Assembly: GCA_035550945.1 (NCBI GenBank)
Contig: DASZOE010000514.1
Location: 1-32,547, forward strand
From: Acidimicrobiales bacterium
Lineage (GTDB): Bacteria; Actinomycetota; Acidimicrobiia; Acidimicrobiales; AC-14
Direction: 5' to 3'
DNA length: 32,547 nt
Of the stretch, positions 16,846 to 25,284 are shown piece after piece; within the stretch, counting starts at the first letter, position 1; every line of letters starts with the position of its first letter. Below the pieces are notes generated by a model. It was not told the origin of the DNA. It saw nothing but the letters and a program-made list of their open reading frames with translations, and made no database searches. Both the position numbers and the translations under genes were made by a program.

Positions 16846-17603
16846 GGGACGCCCTCGGACGTCCGCAGTCGCTGCTCCTGCTCGGCGGCACCTCCGAGAT
16901 CGGGTTGGCCACGGCTCGGGCTCTCGTCTCCCGGCGGACCAGGACGGTGCTGCTGGCCGGGAGGCACCTCGACGCTCTGGAGAAGGCGGCTCGAGGGGTC
17001 CGGGAGGCAGGTGCGGAACGGGTGGAGGTCCTCGCCTTCGACGCCGATGACACCCGTTCCCACGCCGCCTTCGCCGACCACGCCTTCACGCACTACGGCG
17101 ACATCGACGTCGTGCTCCTCGCCTTCGGCGTCCTCGGTGACCAGCGTGCGGCGGAGGAGGATCCCGAGAGGGCCGTCGCTCTGCTCCGAACCAACATGGT
17201 GGGTGCCGCCTCGGTCGGTCTCCACTCCGCCCGGCACCTGCGCCGGCAGGGGCACGGCACCCTCGTCGTGCTCTCATCGGTGGCGGGCGAGCGAGCCCGG
17301 CGCTCGAACTTCGTCTACGGCGCCTCCAAGGCCGGCCTCGACGCCTTCTTCCAGGGCCTGGGCGACAGCCTGTGGGGCTCGGGCGTGAGGGTCCTCGTCG
17401 TGCGGCCGGGCTTCGTCCGGACCAAGATGACGGCCGGGCTCGAGCCCCCGCCGCTGTCGACGACGCCGGAGCGGGTGGGCGACGTCATCGTCCGGGCCGT
17501 CGAGACCGGTGCCGAGGAAGCCTGGGCCCCACCGCCGCTGCGCTTCGTCATGATCGGCCTGCGCCACCTCCCGCGCCCGCTGTTCCGGAAGCTGAAGGTG
17601 TGA
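16842..17603 (+). CDS. dprE2: Decaprenylphospho-2'-keto-ribose reductase DprE2 (SDR)
   Basis: GTG at 16842 overlaps the dprE1 stop (GTGA). 253 aa: PQSLLLLGGTSEIGLA, VLSSVAGERARRSNFVYGASKAGLD, VRVLVVRPGFVRTKM, LRHLPRPLFRKL, closely parallel to Rv3791. The 16122 start in the track is an artefactual extension inside dprE1. Confidence 0.9.
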   Translation: MRDALGRPQSLLLLGGTSEIGLATARALVSRRTRTVLLAGRHLDALEKAARGVREAGAERVEVLAFDADDTRSHAAFADHAFTHYGDIDVVLLAFGVLGDQRAAEEDPERAVALLRTNMVGAASVGLHSARHLRRQGHGTLVVLSSVAGERARRSNFVYGASKAGLDAFFQGLGDSLWGSGVRVLVVRPGFVRTKMTAGLEPPPLSTTPERVGDVIVRAVETGAEEAWAPPPLRFVMIGLRHLPRPLFRKLKV

Positions 17604-17619
17604 TCGCCGGACGGGCCGG

Positions 17620-18978
17620 TCAGACGTGGTTCCTGATGATCCAGGCGTACGAGTGGACGCCCGACGTCAGGATCAGCGCGGCGGCGATGCCCACCTTGTC
17701 CACCAACCAGTCGGCCCGGGCGAAGTTGTACCAGAAGAAGACGGCGAGGGGCAGTGCCGCAGGTGCATAGAGGTTCCAATCGTTGTACACGCCCAAGTCG
17801 GCTCTCCAGACGAAGACGTAACCCATGAAGACGATGACGGCGAGGGCCATGAAGATGTTGAACCGAGTCGGGGCGACCCGCTTGTAGGCGACGAGCGGGA
17901 CGAAGCAGAGCAGGGGCGGGAAGAGGAGGAACAAGAGGCTGACGATCTGGCCGTGGTACTCCAGGCTCGGCGCCGCGAACCGCCGCAACTTGCCCGCCTG
18001 CCCGAAAGCGTTGCTGGTGCGGATGACCTCGAACGGCAGGCCGTTGTGGTGGAAGTAGAGGAGCACCGCCGCCGGGATGGCAATGAGCGTCACCGCGGCC
18101 AAGGCCACCGACAGCAGCTGTCGGCGCTGCAGGGCGACGAGATACAGGTAGGCGAGGCTGAGGAGCAGGAAGGCGGCGAGGAGATGGAAGGTGACGGCCA
18201 CCGCCAGCACGCCGTTGGGTGCCAGCAGGCCGATCCGGCCCTCGAGGTACAGGTAGCCGGTCAACAGGTAGAGGAGGATCAGGGCGGTGACCAGCGTGTA
18301 GTTCTCCACGTCGCCGAAGAAGAGCTGCATGAAGCCAGCTGTCCCGACGCCGAGCACCAGAACGACCCACCGCTTCTCGCCCAGCGCCACCCAGCCGAGG
18401 GTGAGCAGCAGGACGACGGAGATCCCCCCCGCCACCGACGACAGGAACTGGTACGAGTACTCGACCGTCCAGCCGAAGGCGCGGCTCGTGTGATACCAGA
18501 AGCGGGAGTGCAGATACAGCTCCAGCATCTCGTCGTGAGAGACGGTCCCACCCCTGACCGGTAGGTCGGCATGGAACTTGTAGCTGAGCACCATGCCGTC
18601 CGGGTTGATGAACTGGTTCCGCAGACCGAGGAACCATGTGAAGCTGTACGTCCCCACGGCCAACGCCATCAGCACCCTGGCCCTGGAGCTGAGCCCGGCG
18701 ATTCGGGCGAGGAGAGCGTTGACGGGCCTCAGGACTCGATCCCACGGAAGGCGAAGGGTGACGCCGACGAGCACCGGAAGGACGAAGGCGAACCATCCCA
18801 GGGGCCGCAACTGATCGAAGCCGAACAGCATGCGTGCGACCGTGGGGAAACGATCCGTCAGCCCGACGGGCAGGACTGCGGCCGTCGCATAGAGAGTGGC
18901 CATCAGCAGGACGAGACTGCGGTAGAGAGCAGCCTCCCGGGTCTTCACCGCGGTCGGCGTCCCCTCGACGTCAGCCAC
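17620..18978 (-). CDS. Uncharacterised polytopic membrane protein (~12-13 TM); possible GT-C-type transferase or polymerase by context only
   Basis: 452 aa, very hydrophobic, with one large loop (RNQFINPDGMVLSYKFHADLPVRGGTVSHDEMLELYLHSRFWYH) after TM3. I recognise no family motif. Sample 60-nt lines I counted gave 32/60 and 36/60 G+C, against 42/60 in the neighbouring GT-C gene. Confidence 0.55.
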   Translation of the reverse strand: MADVEGTPTAVKTREAALYRSLVLLMATLYATAAVLPVGLTDRFPTVARMLFGFDQLRPLGWFAFVLPVLVGVTLRLPWDRVLRPVNALLARIAGLSSRARVLMALAVGTYSFTWFLGLRNQFINPDGMVLSYKFHADLPVRGGTVSHDEMLELYLHSRFWYHTSRAFGWTVEYSYQFLSSVAGGISVVLLLTLGWVALGEKRWVVLVLGVGTAGFMQLFFGDVENYTLVTALILLYLLTGYLYLEGRIGLLAPNGVLAVAVTFHLLAAFLLLSLAYLYLVALQRRQLLSVALAAVTLIAIPAAVLLYFHHNGLPFEVIRTSNAFGQAGKLRRFAAPSLEYHGQIVSLLFLLFPPLLCFVPLVAYKRVAPTRFNIFMALAVIVFMGYVFVWRADLGVYNDWNLYAPAALPLAVFFWYNFARADWLVDKVGIAAALILTSGVHSYAWIIRNHV

Positions 18979-19018
18979 GCCAGGACGCTACCGGCTCCCC
19001 CGGCCGGGATGAAGTGGG

Positions 19019-19699
19019 TCAGCGACAGTCGACGAGGATCCCGCGGAGCCCGCGCAGTGTGCGTCGATGGATCGGGACACGCTTGACCCAGACCGGGTGG
19101 TCGGCAACCGACAACATGTATCTGTCACCCGTGCTGTCACCGTAGGAATACATGATGCTCCGGGCAGACATGTTCTGTTGCAGGTAGGAACTCAGGACGA
19201 CCGTTTTGCGCGCCCCGCGAACGTTCGGCGCGGCCAGAGCGCCGGTAATTCTGCCGGACTCTTCAAGGAGCTCGGTGGCCAATACCCTGTCAACGCCAAG
19301 GAACTTGCCGACCGGAGTCAGGTAGCAACTCAGTGACGCCGACAGGAAGATCACGTGATGTTGCAGCTGCTGGTGCTCCCGAAGGAGCGCCAGAGTGTCG
19401 TCCCGCAAATGGCTACGAACCACGTGCGCGGCGAAGGACTCTGCATGTTCAGAAAGCCACTCGGACGACCGCCCGGTAAGGGCCGTCCGGATGAGCTTCT
19501 CCTTGGCTACATCGCGGGCAGGGCCACCGAGCACGGCGGCCCGGAGAAGCGGGTAGATGTTCCGGATCACGCAAAGAGCGAAACGGCGACGACCGACAGT
19601 GCGACAAAGAAAATGACCGACCATGTCGCGATCCGTCAGCGTGCCGTCGAAATCGAAAACCGCGATCGAGGGCCCAGCGAGCTCGGCTGGCTGCCTCAT
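19019..19699 (-). CDS. HAD-superfamily phosphatase, subfamily IB (SerB-like)
   Basis: Internal ATG at 19699, 14 nt after the upstream gene's TAA, gives MRQPAELAGPSIAVFDFDGTLTDRD (motif I DxDGT). The sequence also shows FLSASLS (motif II-like) and YGDSTGDRYML (motif IV). The 19843 start in the track would overlap the upstream gene. G+C was 31/60 and 33/60 in two lines I counted. Confidence 0.8.
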   Translation of the reverse strand: MRQPAELAGPSIAVFDFDGTLTDRDMVGHFLCRTVGRRRFALCVIRNIYPLLRAAVLGGPARDVAKEKLIRTALTGRSSEWLSEHAESFAAHVVRSHLRDDTLALLREHQQLQHHVIFLSASLSCYLTPVGKFLGVDRVLATELLEESGRITGALAAPNVRGARKTVVLSSYLQQNMSARSIMYSYGDSTGDRYMLSVADHPVWVKRVPIHRRTLRGLRGILVDCR

Positions 19700-19712
19700 C
19701 ACGCCTGGGAGC

Positions 19713-20993
19713 TTAGATGTCGTGCCCGGCCCTGAGCCCGGCCCGCCGGGTCGGGCGCCGGCGCCAGAGGTCCAGAAGCCGGAATCGCGCCGTCGGGCCG
19801 GCCAGCTCGGCGAGGCCACCACCGACCGCGATGCAGCAGACAAGGTCGAGGGGCGCCCGCAACCGGGGCGCGGGCACGCTGGCGAGGGTGGCGCCGGAGA
19901 GCACCACGGCGGCGATGACGAGCGGACCGATGCCAGGGCGGCGTCGGAGGAGCCACATCCCGGCCACCCCGGCGGCGATCATCAGCGGGACGACGGGCGA
20001 GGTGAGGTCTCGGAGGCGCAAGTTGCGTCCGTCGGCCGACTCGGGAGCCCGGTTGCGGCCGGGCTGGAGCTCCAGGAACGCCGGCAGGTTGCCGCGCACC
20101 ACGTCGACCACCTGGAGCGGGTCATCGCGCAGCGATGCCAGCGCGTGGCGTCGCAGGGCGGCGTCGAGCTCGACCTCGTTGGTGATCCCTTCCCGGAGGT
20201 CGGCGAAACGGGGGTCGAAGACGGCGTCGACGAACCCCCGGGATGCCCTGGCCTCGGGGGAGTAGATGGCGTTGAGGTTGAAGCCGTTGGAGGTCACCAA
20301 CACCGGGCTGCCCATACGGATCCAGTTGCGCCCGACCCACGGGGCCAGGACCAGGGCCACACACCCTACGTAGGCGAGGGCGCGACGCCACCCCAGCCGC
20401 CACAGCACCCAGCCGATCAAGGACACGACGAAGAACTGTGCGCTCGCCCGGCTGAGCACGAGCAGTCCACTGGCAACCCCCGCCCAGCCTGCCCGGCGCT
20501 CGATCAGGAGCAGGACCGTGGCGAGGAGGAGGAGCAGCCCCAGCGGCTCGCTCAGTGGCGGACCGTCGTTGAACACCAGGGGCGGGTACACCGCGGCCAG
20601 GCCTCCGGCGACCACGCCGGCCCACCGTCCGGCCAGGCGCCACGCCACGATGGCGGCCATCAGGACGACCGCGGTGCCGAGGACCACGTTGAGCGCCTGA
20701 GCGGCGCCGACCTTGGGGCCCGTGACGGCGTAGACGGCGCCGAGCAGCAGGGGGTACAGGGGAGGCCGCCAGGCGGTGTGATGCAGGAAGTCGAACGGGT
20801 ACGTGTGCGCCACGCCATGGCCGGCGGCGACCTCGATGGCGATGGTGTGGTAGTGGTACGCGTCGCTGACCGGCGTGTAGTCACGGAGCACCGACAGCAC
20901 GTACAGCACCCGCACGACCAGCGCGGCGAGGCCCACGACAACGAGCCAACGGGCGGCACGGCGCCGTTGGGCATGAAAGGGCGGAGGGATCAC
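19713..20993 (-). CDS. GT-C fold membrane glycosyltransferase, PMT/ArnT-like, paralogue 2 of 11695..13053
   Basis: Only the C-terminal 426 codons of track ORF 19713..21815 look coding. GTG at 20993 gives (M)IPPPFHAQRRRAARWLVVVGLAALVVRVLYV.., which aligns along its whole length with paralogue 1. Long identical runs include VYPPLVFNDGPPLSEPLGLLLLLA, GWVLWRLGWRRAL, VTSNGFNLNAIYSPEA and DPRFADLR. Confidence 0.75.
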   Translation of the reverse strand: MIPPPFHAQRRRAARWLVVVGLAALVVRVLYVLSVLRDYTPVSDAYHYHTIAIEVAAGHGVAHTYPFDFLHHTAWRPPLYPLLLGAVYAVTGPKVGAAQALNVVLGTAVVLMAAIVAWRLAGRWAGVVAGGLAAVYPPLVFNDGPPLSEPLGLLLLLATVLLLIERRAGWAGVASGLLVLSRASAQFFVVSLIGWVLWRLGWRRALAYVGCVALVLAPWVGRNWIRMGSPVLVTSNGFNLNAIYSPEARASRGFVDAVFDPRFADLREGITNEVELDAALRRHALASLRDDPLQVVDVVRGNLPAFLELQPGRNRAPESADGRNLRLRDLTSPVVPLMIAAGVAGMWLLRRRPGIGPLVIAAVVLSGATLASVPAPRLRAPLDLVCCIAVGGGLAELAGPTARFRLLDLWRRRPTRRAGLRAGHDI

Positions 20994-21003
20994 CGAGGCT
21001 AAC

Positions 21004-24000
21004 TTGGCGGCTGGTCCGGGCGGGTCTCGACCCGGGTACCGTCGCCCGGTGCCATCGGGCAGTACGGCGTCGCGCCTACGGCTCGCGCTGATCGCTCTGG
21101 GAGCGTTCAGCGCGCTCGCTTCGCTGCTCGTGCCGCTGGCTCCCGTGCAGCAGCAGATGGCCACGTTCAGCTGGCCGGTCGACGGCTCGACCGCCCCGGT
21201 CGGGGTCCAGCTCTTCCCGTACCACCCGGAGTCGCTGACCGCCCGCTTCTCCTGTGAGACGGTAGGCGACGTCGCCCGGCGCATGCCCCGCGGCACGGTC
21301 TTCGCCACGGCGCCGAGCGACACCCCGGAGGGACGCCACGACGGCCTCGTGGTCGAGGTGTCCGGCGACACGCTCCTGGTGACCAGTCGTGGCCGGGTCC
21401 TGTTGACCGAACCGGTCGGGTCGACGACGGGCTGCGCCTGGCGGCTGAACTCGGACAGCAGCGTCACCGAGATCACCCGCGACGGCGTCCGCATGGCCCG
21501 CCTGGCCGAAGACCTGCGGCCCCAGGTGGTCGGCGTCTTCTCCGACCTCGACCCGGCGCAGGACGGCACCACCGGGCTGTCGGTCCAGATCCGGAGCGAC
21601 ACCCGGTTCCAGACGTCGCCGACGCCCTGGAAGCACGCGCTGATGGGGTTGGCCATCCTCGGCCTCGTCGCCGCCTTGGGGGCGCTCCGCCGGTTGGATC
21701 GTCGGGCCGAAACGACGACGGCGCGGGTGGCACCACGCGGATGGTGGCGGCCTCGGCTGCCCGACCTGCTCGTGGTCGGCGTCCTCGGGGTCTGGGCGGT
21801 CATCGGTCCGTTCACCGTGGACGACGGCTACATCCTCACCCAGGTGAAGGCGCGCCGGGGGAGCGGATTCGTCGGCAACTACTACCGCTGGTTCAACGCT
21901 CCCGAAGCCCCGTTCGGCTTCTTCTACGACCTGTTCTATGTGTGGGGGAAGGTCAGCCGGTCGCTGTTGTGGATGCGCGTCCCGGCCCTCCTGGCCGGCG
22001 TGACCAGCTGGCTGCTCGTCAGCCGGCTGGTGTTGCCCGCGCTCGGCGAAGGGCCGGCGACGAGCCGGGGCGTGCGCTGGGTGGCGGCCGTCGCGTTCCT
22101 CGCCGCGTGGATGCCCTACGACAGCGGCCTCCGCCCGGAGCCATTCGTCGTTCTGGGCACCCTGGCCACCTTGTGCGCGGTGGAGCGCACCTTGGCCAGC
22201 GAGCGTCTGCTGCCCCTGGCGCTGGGCGTCATCGCGGCCGTGGCCACGGTGGCGGTCACGCCCACCGGCGTCATTGCGCTCCTGCCCCTGCTGGTGGCGC
22301 CCCGGCGTCTGGCCGCAGTGATCTGGGACCGCCGGGACCTCCGGTGGGCGCCGCTGGCGGCCGTCCTCCTCGCCAGCGGGCTCAGTGTGCTGACGCTGAT
22401 GTTCTACGACCAGACACTCGGTGCGGTTGTGGAGGCGACCCGGGTGCGCAACGCCATCACTCCGGGCAGCTGGGACCGGGAGGTACTCCGGTACGGGCGC
22501 CTCCTCGACCCGCTGAGCCCGGAGGGGTCCTTCGCCCGGCGGATGCCCGTACTTCTCCTCGTCGGGGGCCTCGTCCTCGTCACCGCGACGCTCTTGCGCA
22601 ACCGCCGCGTCCCCGGAGTCGAGCGCGCCCCGGCGCAGCGCCTCCTGCTCGTCACGGGGCTCGCCTTCGCCGTCATCTCGGCGACCCCGACCAAGTGGAC
22701 GCACCACTTCGGCGCGTTCGCAGGGCTGGCGGCGGCGGTGCTGGCGCTGACCGCGTGGACGACGGCGACGGAGCTGTTCAGGTCCACGAGGCCCCGGGCG
22801 GTTGCGCTCGTGGGGCTGTCCGGCGTCCTCGCTCTGTCGCTCGCGGCGGCCAACCACTGGTGGTGGGTCTCTGTGCTGGACCCTCCGTGGCGCGACGAAC
22901 GGATCAGCGTCCTGGGCGTGCCGGTGCACACCCCCTTGGTGGTGGTGACCGTCCTGGTCTGTCTCATGGCCGTCGTGCTCGCGGGCTGGCGCGAGGCGCG
23001 GGGGCGCCCCCCCCGTCCCAGCCGCCTCCCGCCGCCGAGCGTCCTCCTGGCGGTCGGGCTCTGCCTGTCGGTCGCCATCCAGCTCGTCACCTTCCTGGTC
23101 GCGCCGGTCGAGCAGCGGAGGACCTATTCGATCGCCGAGCAGAACGTGAAGTCGGTGCTCTCGAGCAGCTGCGGGTTGGCCGACTCGGTGATGATCGAGG
23201 AGAGCGCCCAGGCCGGCGCCCTCTTTGCCGCTCCGGGGGGACTCGGGAGCGCCGAACCCGGGATCTTCGAGCGCAACGGAGGCTTCGCCCCCGAGCACCC
23301 GCCACTCCACCGGTTCGGCACCGAGGGCCTGGTGTTCGACGTCCCCGTCTGGGGCAGCCGGGTCGGCGAGCGGACCGACGGCGCCACCGGCACGGCCCGC
23401 AGCGGCTGGTACCAGATCGGGGACCGGTTGGGCGCGGCCAGCGCGCCGCTCGTCATCGCCGTCGCCGGTCGCACCCACGGCGGCAATCGCCTGGCCGTGG
23501 AGCTCGGCCGGCGCCGAGGTGATCGAGTCGATCGGTTGGAGACGATCGAGGTCGACGAGTTCGCCCATCGGCACCGGAACCGCATCGACGCCGCCCTCAA
23601 CCGGTTGCCGGTCGACACGCCGAGCTGGAGGGACATCCGGATCGACGTGCGCGACAAGCTGCCTCCCGACGCCGACGTGCTGCGCGTCGTGGCGACGGAC
23701 GGCAGCGTGGGCACGGGCGGGTGGTTGGCCTTCAGCGCGCCCCGGGCCCCCGTGCTCAGGACGTTGACGGACGCGGTCGGCGGCGACGCGGCTGTCGTCC
23801 TCGACTGGCCGGTGGGGGCGGCTTACCCCTGCGTGCAGCCGGCCACGCTGGCCCTCGGCGAGGTGCAGATGCCCCAGTGGCGCATCGCCGCCGCACTCTC
23901 CTCTCTGGGCGACACCGCGTTCGCCAAGGACCACGCCGGCCCGTTCGCCCCGTCCGTCGTGCTCGCCGACCAGGTCGAGCTCCCCACGTATCTGGCCAAC

Positions 24001-24153
24001 GACTGGAACGCCGAAGCGGCCAGCGTGTTCCGCATCGACGCGCCTCCGTTGGGACGACCGACGGTGTCGCTCGGCCGACGGGTGGAATGGGGCTGGTCGG
24101 CCCGGCCCCATCTCGTCATTCCCGGCATCGACGACGTGGGGACCGTCGAGTAG
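21004..24153 (+). CDS. Emb-type arabinosyltransferase (GT-C, GT53-like; EmbA/B/C family)
   Basis: About 1,035-1,049 aa. N-terminal FSWPVDG; GT-C loop motif VDDGYILTQVKARRGSGFVGNYYRWFNAPEAPFGFFYD, parallel to the Emb DDGYIL..NYfRWfg.pE.PFGW block; about 13 TM; a soluble C-terminal ~300 aa domain. The start is either TTG 21004 or in-frame GTG 21049. Confidence 0.85.
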   Translation: MAAGPGGSRPGYRRPVPSGSTASRLRLALIALGAFSALASLLVPLAPVQQQMATFSWPVDGSTAPVGVQLFPYHPESLTARFSCETVGDVARRMPRGTVFATAPSDTPEGRHDGLVVEVSGDTLLVTSRGRVLLTEPVGSTTGCAWRLNSDSSVTEITRDGVRMARLAEDLRPQVVGVFSDLDPAQDGTTGLSVQIRSDTRFQTSPTPWKHALMGLAILGLVAALGALRRLDRRAETTTARVAPRGWWRPRLPDLLVVGVLGVWAVIGPFTVDDGYILTQVKARRGSGFVGNYYRWFNAPEAPFGFFYDLFYVWGKVSRSLLWMRVPALLAGVTSWLLVSRLVLPALGEGPATSRGVRWVAAVAFLAAWMPYDSGLRPEPFVVLGTLATLCAVERTLASERLLPLALGVIAAVATVAVTPTGVIALLPLLVAPRRLAAVIWDRRDLRWAPLAAVLLASGLSVLTLMFYDQTLGAVVEATRVRNAITPGSWDREVLRYGRLLDPLSPEGSFARRMPVLLLVGGLVLVTATLLRNRRVPGVERAPAQRLLLVTGLAFAVISATPTKWTHHFGAFAGLAAAVLALTAWTTATELFRSTRPRAVALVGLSGVLALSLAAANHWWWVSVLDPPWRDERISVLGVPVHTPLVVVTVLVCLMAVVLAGWREARGRPPRPSRLPPPSVLLAVGLCLSVAIQLVTFLVAPVEQRRTYSIAEQNVKSVLSSSCGLADSVMIEESAQAGALFAAPGGLGSAEPGIFERNGGFAPEHPPLHRFGTEGLVFDVPVWGSRVGERTDGATGTARSGWYQIGDRLGAASAPLVIAVAGRTHGGNRLAVELGRRRGDRVDRLETIEVDEFAHRHRNRIDAALNRLPVDTPSWRDIRIDVRDKLPPDADVLRVVATDGSVGTGGWLAFSAPRAPVLRTLTDAVGGDAAVVLDWPVGAAYPCVQPATLALGEVQMPQWRIAAALSSLGDTAFAKDHAGPFAPSVVLADQVELPTYLANDWNAEAASVFRIDAPPLGRPTVSLGRRVEWGWSARPHLVIPGIDDVGTVE

Positions 24154-24243
24154 CGGTTCGGTGGCGTGGTCGGCCGCGCCGCTATGCTGAGCCGCCTCGG
24201 GCGTGGGCACGGCGACGCCAGGGCGGCGAGCGGGAAGGAAGCC

Positions 24244-25284
24244 ATGACAGACGAGTTGGTGGTCGTCAGCGGGGCAGGCGGCTTCATCGGCGGCCACCTG
24301 GTGGCCGACATGCTCCGACAGGGTCGGAGGGTCAGAGCCGTCGACGTCAAGCCGCCGGCCCACTGGTACCAGCTGCATCCCCGCGCCGAGAACCTGGTGC
24401 TCGACCTCACCGAGCTCGGCGCCTGCCGGGAGGCCGTCCGGGGCGCGGCCGAGGTCTACAACCTCGCGGCCGACATGGGCGGGATGGGCTTCATCGAGAA
24501 CCACAAGGCAGAGTGCATGCTGTCGGTCCTCATCAACACCCACCTGCTCGTCGCGGCGAGGGACGCCGGGGTGAGGTCGTACTTCTTCGCCAGCTCGGCA
24601 TGCGTCTACGCGGCCGACCGGCAGACGTCTCCGGACGTCACCGCCCTCAGGGAGGGCGACGCCTACCCGGCCATGCCCGAGGACGGCTACGGCTGGGAGA
24701 AGCTCTTCAGCGAGCGGATGTGCCGGCACTTCCAGGAGGACTTCGGTCTGGAGACGGTCGTCGCCCGCTATCACAACGTGTACGGCGAGCACGGCACCTA
24801 CCGCGGCGGCAGGGAGAAGGCTCCGGCGGCGATCTGCAGGAAGGTGATCGAGGCCAAGCTGTCGGGGCGCCACGAGATAGAGATCTGGGGCGACGGCCAG
24901 CAGACCCGCAGCTTCATGTACATCAGCGACTGCATCTACGGCACGCAACGGATCATGGCGAGCCGGATCCCGGAACCGATCAACCTGGGCAGCTCGGAGC
25001 TGGTCACCATCGACGGGCTTGTGGACATCGTCGAAGGCATCGCCGGCATCCACCTGCAGCGCAACTACAACCGGCGCGCGCCACTGGGAGTGCGGGGCCG
25101 CAACAGCGACAACACCCTCATCCGTCGCTACCTCGGCTGGGAGCCGTCCGTCCCGCTCGAAGAGGGGATCGAGAAGACCTACCGCTGGATCTACGAAGAG
25201 ATGACCGGCGTCGAGGGGGCGGCGGTCAGAAATGGCTCCGGTAACGGTCGAATGCTTCCCGGGTCTGTCGGGGCAGGAAGCTGA
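24244..25284 (+). CDS. NAD-dependent sugar-nucleotide epimerase, GDP-mannose 3,5-epimerase (GME)-like SDR
   Basis: ATG at 24244 preceded by GGGAAGGAAG. GAGGFIGGHL; NLAADMGGMGFI, ASSACVY, GYGWEKL, GGREKAPAAICRK, WGDGQQTRSF and GVRGRNSDN all parallel plant/bacterial GME blocks as I recall them (NLAADMGGMGFI, GGREKAPAAFCRK, GVRGRNSDN). Confidence 0.75.
   Translation: MTDELVVVSGAGGFIGGHLVADMLRQGRRVRAVDVKPPAHWYQLHPRAENLVLDLTELGACREAVRGAAEVYNLAADMGGMGFIENHKAECMLSVLINTHLLVAARDAGVRSYFFASSACVYAADRQTSPDVTALREGDAYPAMPEDGYGWEKLFSERMCRHFQEDFGLETVVARYHNVYGEHGTYRGGREKAPAAICRKVIEAKLSGRHEIEIWGDGQQTRSFMYISDCIYGTQRIMASRIPEPINLGSSELVTIDGLVDIVEGIAGIHLQRNYNRRAPLGVRGRNSDNTLIRRYLGWEPSVPLEEGIEKTYRWIYEEMTGVEGAAVRNGSGNGRMLPGSVGAGS

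Noticed and set aside
19713-21815. 700-aa version of GT-C paralogue 2.
   Set aside because: The N-terminal ~270 residues are low-complexity, overlap the emb gene on the other strand, and have no counterpart in paralogue 1. A GTG at 20993 gives a protein colinear with paralogue 1.
21076-25053. 1,325-aa minus-strand ORF antisense to emb and the epimerase gene. Similar long ORFs occur at 2169..3449 -, 4321..5865 -, 5406..7628 +, 6169..7632 -, 7754..9328 -, 7849..9657 +, 9882..11171 -, 11615..13213 -, 14361..15497 -, 15325..16185 -, 17315..18796 -, 17626..18564 + and 19623..21002 +.
   Set aside because: These are typical high-GC shadow ORFs. Their translations are dominated by Arg/Gly/Pro/Ala/His with no recognisable motifs. 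Each lies opposite or out of frame to a gene with clear family signatures and better third-position GC bias.
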